A stretch of DNA of 64,000 bases. Origin: a virus (Duplodnaviria; Caudoviricetes). The stretch covers positions 1 to 64,000 of IMG/VR virus record IMGVR_UViG_3300021254_000033; one strand, 5' to 3'. The notes below the pieces were generated by a model that did not search any database, was not told the DNA's origin, and saw only the letters and a list, made by a program, of their open reading frames with translations. Below are positions 55,177-64,000 of this stretch, in pieces. The translations under genes were made by a program, and so were the position numbers. How positions within the stretch are numbered: the stretch's first letter is position 1; each line of letters begins with the position of its first letter.

Positions 55177-56733
55177 TCACTCAATTCTTTCTAATTCTAT
55201 TTGAAGATTATGATATTCTTCTAACAATTCTCCATCCCATTCCATCTGATATTTAAAAGAAGTACCAATTTCAATAGGATCAAGTCGAGAATCTGTTACA
55301 AATAAATCTACTTTTCTTAAATTTCCAAGATTTACATTACTCCAAATTCGCAATTGATTCCATTCGCCACTTCTTACTTTATAAACATCTGTAACCATAT
55401 TAGGAATATCTGTAATTTGGTTTACATCTTGGAAAAAATTAATTTCTTCTTTTGTTGGTCTAGATATAATAACTCCAATATCTGCTTTATTTATAATCGC
55501 TCTACTTCCTGCTAATGCGGATTCATTTTTAATATTTGAGTTATCATCACCTTTTGCATTAAGCTGTGTAGACGACATAACAAAAACATTTAATTCAACC
55601 GCCAAATCTTTTAATGCAGTTGAAAATAAAAGTAAAACTTCATCATTTCTTAAATTGAATCCTTTAAATTCATTTAATAATGATGGTGAAATATGAATAT
55701 AATCATAAAATACATATTCAATTTCATATAATAAAACATTTTCTCTAACAATATTTTTCATTAAAGCAATAGTTGGATTCGGCATTCTAACAATAAGAAA
55801 GTTATTTTGATATTTTTCTAAAACATATAATGCCTGTTTGATAATTTGTGTTTCTCTATTTGTAAAACCACCATAACGAAATTTTGTTTCATTAAAACCT
55901 GTTAAATAAGCTAAAATCATTTTTTGAATTTCATTAATATTTTGTTCAGTTGCAATAAACAAAACTTTTTTATTGCTTCCTTCTTGAACCCATTTATCTT
56001 TTTTCTCATCATATCGAAAAGGAAACGCTAAATAACACGCATCCCCCACCGCTTGACGAGTTTTAGAAACACCACTACCACCAGACCTAAGTACAAAAGC
56101 TCCTTTTCTTGCTCCCGCGCAGACCTCATTAAAATAATCGCCTTGAAGAGGAAAACCTATATCAGTTTTTTCTTCCGCTTTTTCAATTATTTCTTGAATA
56201 TTATAAAAAGCATTTTTTATCTCTGTTGTATCATTCTTAATAAAATCTTTTTCAATTTCTAATAATTGTCTTTTTATTTTATCTAATATTTCAGAAATTT
56301 CTAATTCTTCAAAACCACTATTAACTTCGAGGGCGCGAGGGTCAGTTAAGTTTTCAATATAAAATTCACTTATATCAAAACCCTGCTTTTTCAAATTATT
56401 TAAGAGGTTAATTTTCTTTAACTTCTTGTAGTAATATGGAAAATTATTTTCATCAGACAGTTCTTCTGCGTCTTGTAAAAATTCTACTCCATTATTCTTT
56501 TCAAAAGTTTCTTTTGCTACATTATTTGTACTTAAATAATTTTCTATATCTATTGGTTGAATTTTTTTCGCACCATTAATATATAAATTACTAATCGCAG
56601 CGAAAATAAACTTATCACTTCTAATTGAAAAGTCTTCCAAAGAAAGAGAATATTTATCTGTCTCATTTAAAAATTGAGGATGCTTAATTAAACATCCCAA
56701 AACCTGCATAACCACAGTTCTATCTACAATCAT
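55177..56733 (-). CDS. dnaB: Replicative DnaB-like helicase (start MIVDR)
   Basis: Walker A GSGVSKT, ATEQ, FYDYI, STQLN, KVR.G. Confidence 0.88.
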   Translation of the reverse strand: MIVDRTVVMQVLGCLIKHPQFLNETDKYSLSLEDFSIRSDKFIFAAISNLYINGAKKIQPIDIENYLSTNNVAKETFEKNNGVEFLQDAEELSDENNFPYYYKKLKKINLLNNLKKQGFDISEFYIENLTDPRALEVNSGFEELEISEILDKIKRQLLEIEKDFIKNDTTEIKNAFYNIQEIIEKAEEKTDIGFPLQGDYFNEVCAGARKGAFVLRSGGSGVSKTRQAVGDACYLAFPFRYDEKKDKWVQEGSNKKVLFIATEQNINEIQKMILAYLTGFNETKFRYGGFTNRETQIIKQALYVLEKYQNNFLIVRMPNPTIALMKNIVRENVLLYEIEYVFYDYIHISPSLLNEFKGFNLRNDEVLLLFSTALKDLAVELNVFVMSSTQLNAKGDDNSNIKNESALAGSRAIINKADIGVIISRPTKEEINFFQDVNQITDIPNMVTDVYKVRSGEWNQLRIWSNVNLGNLRKVDLFVTDSRLDPIEIGTSFKYQMEWDGELLEEYHNLQIELERIE

Positions 56734-57278
56734 TAAATATCCTCCAAATTCCATCGTGTCTTAATTTCTTTCTTTTCTTTTTTAGAAGAAATTTTTACCA
56801 CCGGCCGCGCCTCTCTGGTATGAATCTGAGCAATAATCTTTTCTAAAGTGCCTTCTTTTTTATTCTCTAAATCTACCCAATATGATGCTGCCTCTTTATA
56901 TATATTACTAACAATACCTATTCCGCCTAATGCTTTTTCTGGATTCCCATGCAAAACATCATAATAATATCTCATAGAGAAATAAATTCCTTTTGGTGTC
57001 ATTCCTTTATTGGGTGATGTAAAAAGTTTCCACTGCTTATTTAACTTTGAAAAATTAATTGTCATTTTTACATCTTTGTACAAATAATCTACTAAACTTT
57101 CATACCAAAAGTCTTCTTCTTTATTATTTGCTTTTACATTATTTTTATTACTTTTCCAATCTTCGTAACATTTTCGATGATAATAATATCTTGGCACCGG
57201 CATAATCCATTCTTGCTCATCTATTTTATCTGTATCAAACCGAACACCACAAACTCTACATTTTACCACATGACTCAT
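56733..57278 (-). CDS. Zinc-finger protein, possible helicase loader
   Basis: CRVC...HRKC; TAATG-coupled to the helicase. Confidence 0.5.
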   Translation of the reverse strand: MSHVVKCRVCGVRFDTDKIDEQEWIMPVPRYYYHRKCYEDWKSNKNNVKANNKEEDFWYESLVDYLYKDVKMTINFSKLNKQWKLFTSPNKGMTPKGIYFSMRYYYDVLHGNPEKALGGIGIVSNIYKEAASYWVDLENKKEGTLEKIIAQIHTREARPVVKISSKKEKKEIKTRWNLEDI

Positions 57279-57303
57279 TAACTCACCTACTTTCTCTATT
57301 TAT

Positions 57304-57332
57304 ATTATAACATTTTTTTCTAAAAAAAGCAA
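57304..57332 (-). promoter_or_regulatory. sigmaA promoter
   Basis: TTGCTT-17-TATAAT, extended TG. Confidence 0.8.
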
Positions 57333-57333
57333 A

Positions 57334-57361
57334 TTGGGAGAGTAGATAACTACTCTCCCAA
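57334..57361 (-). terminator. Intrinsic terminator
   Basis: TTGGGAGAGTAG-4-CTACTCTCCCAA. Confidence 0.8.
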
Positions 57362-57384
57362 GTAAAGATAAGGTAAAGTTATTT

Positions 57385-58347
57385 TTATAACATATCTTGC
57401 ATTTCTAAGATAACCAGATTTAAAAGATCAGATTGATCTTCTGTGACTTCTGAAAGCTTAGTAGGTCTTCCAAAAATCATTTCAATTTTTTTCATAACCC
57501 TTGGCATATTACCATTAGGATCGTCTGTTCCAATTAATTTGGACCACAGTTCTCTCGCTTCTTCCATCAATTCATCATATGACTTTTTTTCTTCAATTTG
57601 TTTATCGACTGTATCTACTACAATCGCGCCGTGTTTTTCTTCTTCGTCCACAGCGTTTTTAACCGCCTCCGCAACCGCGTCATAAGTAAAATCAATTTTA
57701 GGAGCAAGATATTTGAACCGTGACCCAGCCTGGATTGTTGGTGTAGAACGAGTGATTAAATATCTATGACTCTGCTTTTTATCATCCCATTCTTCATAGC
57801 CAATTCCAATAATATCCACAAGAGCATTAACAATAGGTAAACATCTTTTATCTAATTCTGGAGAAAGAAAAATCTGTTCTTTTCCCTCTTCTCCTGTAAT
57901 TCTTTCTTTCATGTGGCAAGTCAGAATTAATCCATATCCCATCATGGTAATCTGACGAAGAGAATTTTTAAACTCTGTATCTCTTTCTGCATAACCACGA
58001 CCCCATTCAATATCTCCAATGGTTTGTACTCCCGCACGAGCACAAATGAACTGGGTGCATAAATCCCAAGCCCATCCTACAGTATCTACTGCAATATTAT
58101 CAAATTTTTCCTTAACTTCTGAATCCGCTAACTGTCTTAAAGCTAATTTAAAATCAGACCATGTAGAAATATCCTGAATATACGCTCCTGGCTGAGCAGA
58201 ATACCCTTTTTCTGTAGCAAGAATAAGAGTTTTTGGACTTGCCGCACAGAAAGTTGTCTTTCCGAATTTTGGGCGCGCAGCCAGAAGCAATGTGCGCCCA
58301 CTTAGTGTCCGATTTAAAGTTTGAGGCTGGATATTTTTTAAGTCCAT
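57385..58347 (-). CDS. AAA ATPase, Sak4-like annealing/recombination protein
   Basis: ARPKFGKTT Walker A, AVDT Walker B, AGSRF; next to SSB. Confidence 0.75.
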   Translation of the reverse strand: MDLKNIQPQTLNRTLSGRTLLLAARPKFGKTTFCAASPKTLILATEKGYSAQPGAYIQDISTWSDFKLALRQLADSEVKEKFDNIAVDTVGWAWDLCTQFICARAGVQTIGDIEWGRGYAERDTEFKNSLRQITMMGYGLILTCHMKERITGEEGKEQIFLSPELDKRCLPIVNALVDIIGIGYEEWDDKKQSHRYLITRSTPTIQAGSRFKYLAPKIDFTYDAVAEAVKNAVDEEEKHGAIVVDTVDKQIEEKKSYDELMEEARELWSKLIGTDDPNGNMPRVMKKIEMIFGRPTKLSEVTEDQSDLLNLVILEMQDML

Positions 58348-58362
58348 TTATTTACCCCCTTT

Positions 58363-59268
58363 CTAAAAACCGAGATCCAATTTACCTTTCTGCTCTGTTG
58401 GAGCAGTTCTAGTTTTACCTTCTGCTGCTTTTTCTTTTAAAGCTTCTAATCTAGCTTTTCTTTCGACTAACGCTGCCTGAATTTCATTAATATCAAAAGC
58501 CGCGCCATCTTCAAGAGTAGACTGAGAACCACCTGTAATTAACAGTTCGCTTACAGAGATTGTACGAGTAGTTTCCTGAGCTTCACCAAAATCTACTTCT
58601 TTTTTTACAGTTTCAGTTTTGGAAGAGAAATTTAATCTACCATTAGCAATAACAGTTTCATTATCATTCCAATACTGGTTGATTGCATTAATCGCATTAG
58701 GATTTGCAACAATAAAATCAACTAAATCAACCTTCCCTCCAAACTGAGGAAGTACACCTGTTACTTTTAATCTGCCTGTCTCAACCCCATCCGCAGCGGT
58801 TTCATTGACTTTGTTGGCTACAACAAAAGATGTAGAAAAAGTAGCTCCTGGTTTCATTTCATCTGACCGAATTTTATTAACGAAAGATGCGGTAATTCTT
58901 GGGAAAGAAACGAATCTACCATCTCTTCCATAATATTCGTTCATTGTAATTCGACCATTTGTAATTCTTACTGCATCCGCGCCAGCTTCTCCACCAGCGG
59001 CAGCAATAGAAGTATACTCATTCATTACTCTTTCAATGTTCTGATATGCAGGATTCTTTCCCCCAGCATTTGTGTATTCAGAAGCAAACATATGAACTGG
59101 CACTTCTAAATTAGTCATTACACCGTTAATTTCCTGATTAACGTGAATTTTAATAACTCCACCAATAGAATTCATTGGCGCACCATTCTTTGTAAAAGAC
59201 CCATATCTGAGGTCGATTTCAGAGAGTAATCCTTCGATACGAACTGTGTTTTCTGCCTGTTTTAGCAT
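58363..59268 (-). CDS. Single-stranded DNA-binding protein (double OB-fold type)
   Basis: Beta-rich repeats, C-terminal LDLGF tail, high-expression codons. Confidence 0.6.
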   Translation of the reverse strand: MLKQAENTVRIEGLLSEIDLRYGSFTKNGAPMNSIGGVIKIHVNQEINGVMTNLEVPVHMFASEYTNAGGKNPAYQNIERVMNEYTSIAAAGGEAGADAVRITNGRITMNEYYGRDGRFVSFPRITASFVNKIRSDEMKPGATFSTSFVVANKVNETAADGVETGRLKVTGVLPQFGGKVDLVDFIVANPNAINAINQYWNDNETVIANGRLNFSSKTETVKKEVDFGEAQETTRTISVSELLITGGSQSTLEDGAAFDINEIQAALVERKARLEALKEKAAEGKTRTAPTEQKGKLDLGF

Positions 59269-59357
59269 TATTTTTTCTCCTTTTTATTCATATTTTTTGT
59301 ACTTTTTTAGTTGTTTTTAACAGTTTGTTTTTTTCATTTTGCTAAAACAACAAAGAT

Positions 59358-59379
59358 GGAGCCTATCAAAGTAGGCTCC
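59358..59379 (-). terminator. Hairpin/terminator
   Basis: GGAGCCTA-6-TAGGCTCC. Confidence 0.6.
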
Positions 59380-59397
59380 TTTGAAAGAAGTAACTGA

Positions 59398-59655
59398 TTA
59401 TTCAGCTTCAAAAGCCTTTCCTGCTTCTGTTAGACATACATAAGTTACAGGTTTTTCCTGACCTTCTACGTCAACCTTTTCTCTCATGCAAAGACCCTTC
59501 TTTTCGTTACAAAGGTCAGTTACATTTGCATTTACGGACCGAGCTGTTCTGCCGGTGTGCTGTACCAGTTCATCAATAGAAACGCGGCCACCGTTAGCCT
59601 TTACATACTCAAATACTTCCTTGCTCTTTTCTGTTAGTTTGATTGTGTCTGCCAT
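59398..59655 (-). CDS. Small winged-HTH protein
   Basis: VFEYV...SIDEL...GRTARSV...L..KGL...LTEAG. Confidence 0.75.
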   Translation of the reverse strand: MADTIKLTEKSKEVFEYVKANGGRVSIDELVQHTGRTARSVNANVTDLCNEKKGLCMREKVDVEGQEKPVTYVCLTEAGKAFEAE

Positions 59656-59733
59656 AATTTTTTCTCCTTTTTTATCTCGCCATATGATGGCTCTTATTTT
59701 TTTTGAAAGCGTTTCTTTTCACTTTCTATATAT

Positions 59734-59762
59734 ATTATATTATATCTTTTTGTTTTTTTCAA
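59734..59762 (-). promoter_or_regulatory. sigmaA promoter
   Basis: TTGAAA-17-TATAAT followed by ATATATAGAAAGTGA. Confidence 0.8.
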
Positions 59763-59779
59763 ATTTTAATACGCTATTT

Positions 59780-62134
59780 TTATAATAAAATTTTGAGAAC
59801 TGAATCTTTTGAGTTAATCTTTATAGATTTTGTTCCTAGCGTATTCTTGGATAATAAACGAATCTCTGAAACCTTGAGTTTAATTTGAGATGAAGTCGCA
59901 GCGATAATGACTTCGCTTTCGTTTATAATTGGAAGAAAATCAATAAGGTTATCATTTGATTCTACCTTCTGAAGCTTTCCACCTTTTGTTGCTCTTCCTT
60001 GAATGCTAAATTCTGATATTGAGGTACGTTTGGTTAATCCTTGTTTAGTGACACTAATTAACTCTTTTGTATCTTTTGGAATAGGATGACAAGCAATTAC
60101 TGCATCATTGTCATTAAGTTTTATACCTTTTACCCCTCTTGCAATTCGACCAATTGCGCGCACATCTGTGGTAGAGCAGAACAAAAATTGTCCTTTTTCA
60201 GTTAGAATACCAATATCTTCATCATTAATAAAGTTTACTGATACAATTTCATCATTAGCATCTAATGAGATTGCTTTTAAACCAGTCTTAGATTTCTTAA
60301 TATTATATTCAGATAATGCCGTCTTTTTAATTATTCCATTTTTTGTTGTAAAAAGAATGTAATTTTTAGTTTTCTTTTTTGTTAAAGCCGTTATTGCACA
60401 AGTTTTATCAGAGCTTTCTATAGAAGTTACTGCCTCGATAGGTGTTTTTTCATCTATCGTCAGCGCGCCTGCTACACAAGAGTATACGTGTCCCTTTTGT
60501 GTAAAGAAAAGTAATGTGTCAGTGTTTTGACAACTTATAGAATCAACTACAAACTCACCTTTCCTTAATTTTAGTTTTGATCCCACTCCACCTCTTCTTT
60601 GTGTATAAAGAGAGGAAGATTCTGTAGCGAGTAGATTATTATTGTTAGTAAAACTAATTAAAAGTGATTTTGTTTCGATTGGTTCCTCATTATCATCAGA
60701 AGTAAGGTTTAAAATTTTAGTGCGTCGTTCATCACCATATTTTTCCGCTACTTCTCTATATCCTTTTTTAAGCTCTTCTTTAAAAAGATTTTCATCAGAT
60801 AAAATATTTACAATAACCTGTCTATCATTATTAAGTTTTTCTTTTTCATCTTCAAGTTTTTTTACTTCGAGATGAGCAAGTCGGCTTAATTTCATATCTA
60901 AAACCGCTTTTGCTTGAATTTCATCAAGTAAAAAATTAGTTTGTAGTGCTAATGATGCTGCAGAAGTAGAGTTGGATGATTTAATTGTTTGAATTACTTC
61001 TTCAATTTGTGCTAGACAAATTAATAATCCTTCAACTATATGAAGTCTATCTTCAATTTTCTTTAAATCATATTCAAATCCACGTCTATAAACCTCTTTT
61101 TGATGAGTAAGATGTGCCTCCAGCATCTCTTTCCAAGTAAAAAGTTTAGGATATTTACCATGATCCAACATAGTAAAATTAATTCCATAATAATATTGAA
61201 GAGAAGTTTCTTTATATAAATATTTAAGAACCTTATCGGGATTAGCTCTTTTACTTAAATAGATTTTAATTAGAGGAGTTTTCCCTGTTAAATCATTAAA
61301 TCGCTCAATCCCAGGATTATCTTCTCTATCAATAATATCTTCTAATTGTCCACAAATTGTGTTAGTATAAACACCATACGGTATTTCCTTTACAATAAAA
61401 CATCTATCTTTCTCATCAAATTCAACTACACTTCTTAATTTACAAGAAAAACCAGTTCCCTTTTTAATAGATTCTTTAACTTCAGATTCATTATATAAAA
61501 TCGCTCCTGTCGCAAAATCTGGAACACAGTAAATTTCTTCAAAATTACAGTTAGGATTGTCTATTAAATGAATTAAGGCATTATTTAATTCTTTCAAGTT
61601 GAACTGTGGAATAGATGAAGCCATACCAATCCCAATACCACTGCTACCGTTACATATATTATAAAAACCTTTAGTGGGAAGAACAGCTGGAAATTGTTTA
61701 GTATTGTCATAGTTATCTCTCCATTCCGAAATAGTATTTTTATCTATATCTTTAAACAAAATAGAGGAAAACTTTGATAGACGACTTTCTGTATATCTCA
61801 TTGCCGCCCAATTCCCCGACTCAATAAGCGAGCCTGCGTTGCCCTTTACTTCAACTAATGGGTATCGCATTGCAAAGTTCTGACCCGCCCGCATAATTAT
61901 GCCTTCACAAGAACTGTCTCCATGGATGTAGAAATCTGCCATAGCCATACCTACAGCATTTGCAGTCTTTTTATATGGTTTATCATAGGTTAATTTCCGT
62001 GTGAGCATTGAATAAAAAATTTGTCTTGCGGAAGGTTTTAATCCATCTCGTACATCTACCAGCGCGCGGGACTGAAGAACAGCCCCTGAATACTGAATAA
62101 AGCTTTCGTTAATTGTTGTTTTTAAATTAGCCAT
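59780..62134 (-). CDS. gyrA: DNA gyrase subunit A
   Basis: DGLKPSAR, HGDS, AAMRYTE catalytic Tyr, GyrA-box QRRGGVG, beta-pinwheel CTD. Confidence 0.92.
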   Translation of the reverse strand: MANLKTTINESFIQYSGAVLQSRALVDVRDGLKPSARQIFYSMLTRKLTYDKPYKKTANAVGMAMADFYIHGDSSCEGIIMRAGQNFAMRYPLVEVKGNAGSLIESGNWAAMRYTESRLSKFSSILFKDIDKNTISEWRDNYDNTKQFPAVLPTKGFYNICNGSSGIGIGMASSIPQFNLKELNNALIHLIDNPNCNFEEIYCVPDFATGAILYNESEVKESIKKGTGFSCKLRSVVEFDEKDRCFIVKEIPYGVYTNTICGQLEDIIDREDNPGIERFNDLTGKTPLIKIYLSKRANPDKVLKYLYKETSLQYYYGINFTMLDHGKYPKLFTWKEMLEAHLTHQKEVYRRGFEYDLKKIEDRLHIVEGLLICLAQIEEVIQTIKSSNSTSAASLALQTNFLLDEIQAKAVLDMKLSRLAHLEVKKLEDEKEKLNNDRQVIVNILSDENLFKEELKKGYREVAEKYGDERRTKILNLTSDDNEEPIETKSLLISFTNNNNLLATESSSLYTQRRGGVGSKLKLRKGEFVVDSISCQNTDTLLFFTQKGHVYSCVAGALTIDEKTPIEAVTSIESSDKTCAITALTKKKTKNYILFTTKNGIIKKTALSEYNIKKSKTGLKAISLDANDEIVSVNFINDEDIGILTEKGQFLFCSTTDVRAIGRIARGVKGIKLNDNDAVIACHPIPKDTKELISVTKQGLTKRTSISEFSIQGRATKGGKLQKVESNDNLIDFLPIINESEVIIAATSSQIKLKVSEIRLLSKNTLGTKSIKINSKDSVLKILL

Positions 62135-62557
62135 TTATTCACCTATTTCAGTTATATTTTTAAAAACGTCGTTATAACATCCTCTGTTATTAAAATATTT
62201 TTTCATAAAACATAAAGCAATACCTTTTTCAGAATCAAAATTATCTCCATCTTGACATTTTACCTTAGTATGCGTTCCATCTTTCCAAACAACAGTAACC
62301 ACTCTTTTTTTCTTATTAATATAAATATTTTTATATGGATGCGGTTTTGAGGGAGCTTTGATTAATGTTGCTTGAGTCAGTGTTCGAAGAGATTTATTAT
62401 TTCCTTGTTTATAATTTAAAATTTGGACTGGGTTATCATATGAAGTACGATTATCTGCTACAATATTATACCATCCATCTATAATTAAATTATCAATATT
62501 AGTATTATAATCATATACTTTAGTAGAAGTTCCTTTAAAACGTACACTAATAATCAT
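62135..62557 (-). CDS. Hypothetical phage protein
   Basis: VVWKDGTHTKVKC...FDSEKG motif; between gyrB and gyrA. Confidence 0.8.
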   Translation of the reverse strand: MIISVRFKGTSTKVYDYNTNIDNLIIDGWYNIVADNRTSYDNPVQILNYKQGNNKSLRTLTQATLIKAPSKPHPYKNIYINKKKRVVTVVWKDGTHTKVKCQDGDNFDSEKGIALCFMKKYFNNRGCYNDVFKNITEIGE

Positions 62558-62570
62558 TGTTTTTTCCTTT

Positions 62571-64000
62571 CTATTCCCTTATTGTACTAAAATCAACTTT
62601 TTCCATAATAAATTCACGTCTTGGCTCTACGTTTACTCCCATAAGACTATATAATAAATCAATCGCTTCTTCGTCATGTTCCAATACATCCATTCTCTGA
62701 TATTCTTCGGTGAACATAGAAGCTCTTGCAGTTTCTGCAGGGAGTTCACCTAGTCCCTTAGCTCTTGTCACTTCTCCTTTGATTTTATTTCTAACTTTGC
62801 TAAATTCTTCATCAGTGAAATAATAACTTTCTTTTCCTTTGTTATCAATAATATAAAGAGGAGAACGTAGCCAACATAAGCGTCCTTCTTGAATAAACTC
62901 TGGAGCAAGATATTCTAATGCTGCCATTATCAAAAGACCGATATGACTTCCATCACTATCAGCATCCGTGCAGATTGCTATCCTTCCATAGCGCAGTTTT
63001 GAAGCGTTATATTTTCCTGGAACAATGTTCATTGCACTTAAAAGAAGTTTAATTTCTTCGTTTTTAAAAATCTTTTCTTCTGGATTAGAAAGACAATTAA
63101 TAATTTTACCTCTAATTGCTAAGATTCCATATTTTGTGTAATCTCTAGCCTGCGCAATGCCACCCATAGCAGAATTACCTTCGACGATTAATAAAGTAGA
63201 ATTTTCTCCCAAAAATTCAGCGTCTTTTAATTTATCAGAAGCAAAAACTTTTTTCTTTTGATTCTTTTCAATTTCCTTTGATGCTTCAAGAACTTGCTTT
63301 CTTGCTTTTTCTGCAGCAACTTCAGCTTTCATTTCTTTTGTTAGTAAGTCAAGAATTTTTTCAAACTCATCTTTATGTCGTTTTTCAAAATCCTCTAACA
63401 TTTGAGTGGTTGCCCGCTGACAAAGCCCTCGAAGCTCTGGATTATTTACTTTTGTTTTTGTTTGATTAGCAAAAGAAGGATTTGGAACTTTACAACTAAT
63501 TGCATAATAAAGTCCATTTCTTGCTATATCTGGAGTGAATATTCCTTTGAATTTCTTTTTGAAGAAGTTCGTTAAAGAAGTTTTTACTCCCGTTAATGAA
63601 GTACCACCTTCACTATTTGCCAATCCATTTGTGAAAACGAACCATTTTTCGTTTCGGGCGGCCGCCCACTGCATAGCAATTTCACATTCCACTCCATTTT
63701 CTTCTAAGGTAATATGAAGAGGAGTTTTATGGATCGGCTTTGTAATATTATCTTTTAAAAAATCTATAAGTCCATTTGAAGATTTGTAGATTACTTTTTC
63801 ATTAGTTAAATTATTAATTAGTATAAATTCAACACCTTTAGTTAAATAAGACCAATTTTTACACATTTCTAATAAGTCTTCAAAGTGAATTTCTATTGGT
63901 TCTAAATTATATACTTCAGGTGAGGGGATAAAAGTAACAACTGTTCCATGTTGATTTTTATCTTTAGAATCTTCTATGGAAAAACTTTCTTTTACACCTT
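62571..64000 (-). CDS. gyrB: DNA gyrase subunit B, 5'-truncated by the window edge
   Basis: Frame stays open past 63866 (HGTVVTFIPSPEVY); EGGT, VEGNSA, TDADSDG, KGLGE. Confidence 0.92.
   Translation of the reverse strand, partial: GVKESFSIEDSKDKNQHGTVVTFIPSPEVYNLEPIEIHFEDLLEMCKNWSYLTKGVEFILINNLTNEKVIYKSSNGLIDFLKDNITKPIHKTPLHITLEENGVECEIAMQWAAARNEKWFVFTNGLANSEGGTSLTGVKTSLTNFFKKKFKGIFTPDIARNGLYYAISCKVPNPSFANQTKTKVNNPELRGLCQRATTQMLEDFEKRHKDEFEKILDLLTKEMKAEVAAEKARKQVLEASKEIEKNQKKKVFASDKLKDAEFLGENSTLLIVEGNSAMGGIAQARDYTKYGILAIRGKIINCLSNPEEKIFKNEEIKLLLSAMNIVPGKYNASKLRYGRIAICTDADSDGSHIGLLIMAALEYLAPEFIQEGRLCWLRSPLYIIDNKGKESYYFTDEEFSKVRNKIKGEVTRAKGLGELPAETARASMFTEEYQRMDVLEHDEEAIDLLYSLMGVNVEPRREFIMEKVDFSTIRE

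Noticed and set aside
10976-56733. Inteins or full group I introns in terL, nrdD, dnaB or the dnaE body
   Set aside because: Lengths and motif spacing are normal; no homing endonuclease ORFs or intein termini were noticed.
1-64000. tRNA/rRNA genes, integrase, lysis cassette
   Set aside because: No T-loop/acceptor-stem patterns or matching ORFs were recognised by eye; a tRNAscan-SE run would be needed to exclude tRNAs formally.

Overview
AT-rich (roughly 30-35% GC by eye) 64 kb segment of a large tailed phage, probably a long-tailed siphovirus of a Bacillota/Clostridia host (sigmaA-type promoters, AAGGAGG RBS, SPbeta/c-st-like head genes). There are three modules. (1) 1-7.9 kb, minus strand: an array of about 12 self-contained mini-cassettes (strong promoter, RBS, 1-3 small ORFs, usually a terminator). 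Each cassette boundary carries a GC-rich palindrome GCCCGGGC, often paired with GTTAG-N6-CTAAC. (2) 8.3-40.6 kb, plus strand: putative transcription regulator, terminase, portal, protease/scaffold, capsid, neck, two tail-tube paralogs, a 2989 aa tape measure, distal tail, large tail protein and an FN3-repeat fibre. (3) 40.6-64 kb, minus strand: nucleotide metabolism and replication (RuvC-like, dUTPase, ThyX-like, deaminase, FTR-like, NrdG/NrdD/NrdH, DnaE, RecJ, primase, DnaB, Sak4-like, SSB, GyrA, partial GyrB). The most notable signals are the palindrome-delimited cassette array, an 8-nt stop-containing interruption in the HxH motif of dnaE, a sharp C-to-G skew flip inside one ORF at about 8.9 kb, and strong enrichment of GCGCGC across the window. 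I saw no integrase, tRNA, CRISPR array or lysis genes. All product calls come from motif recognition only; no database searches were run.
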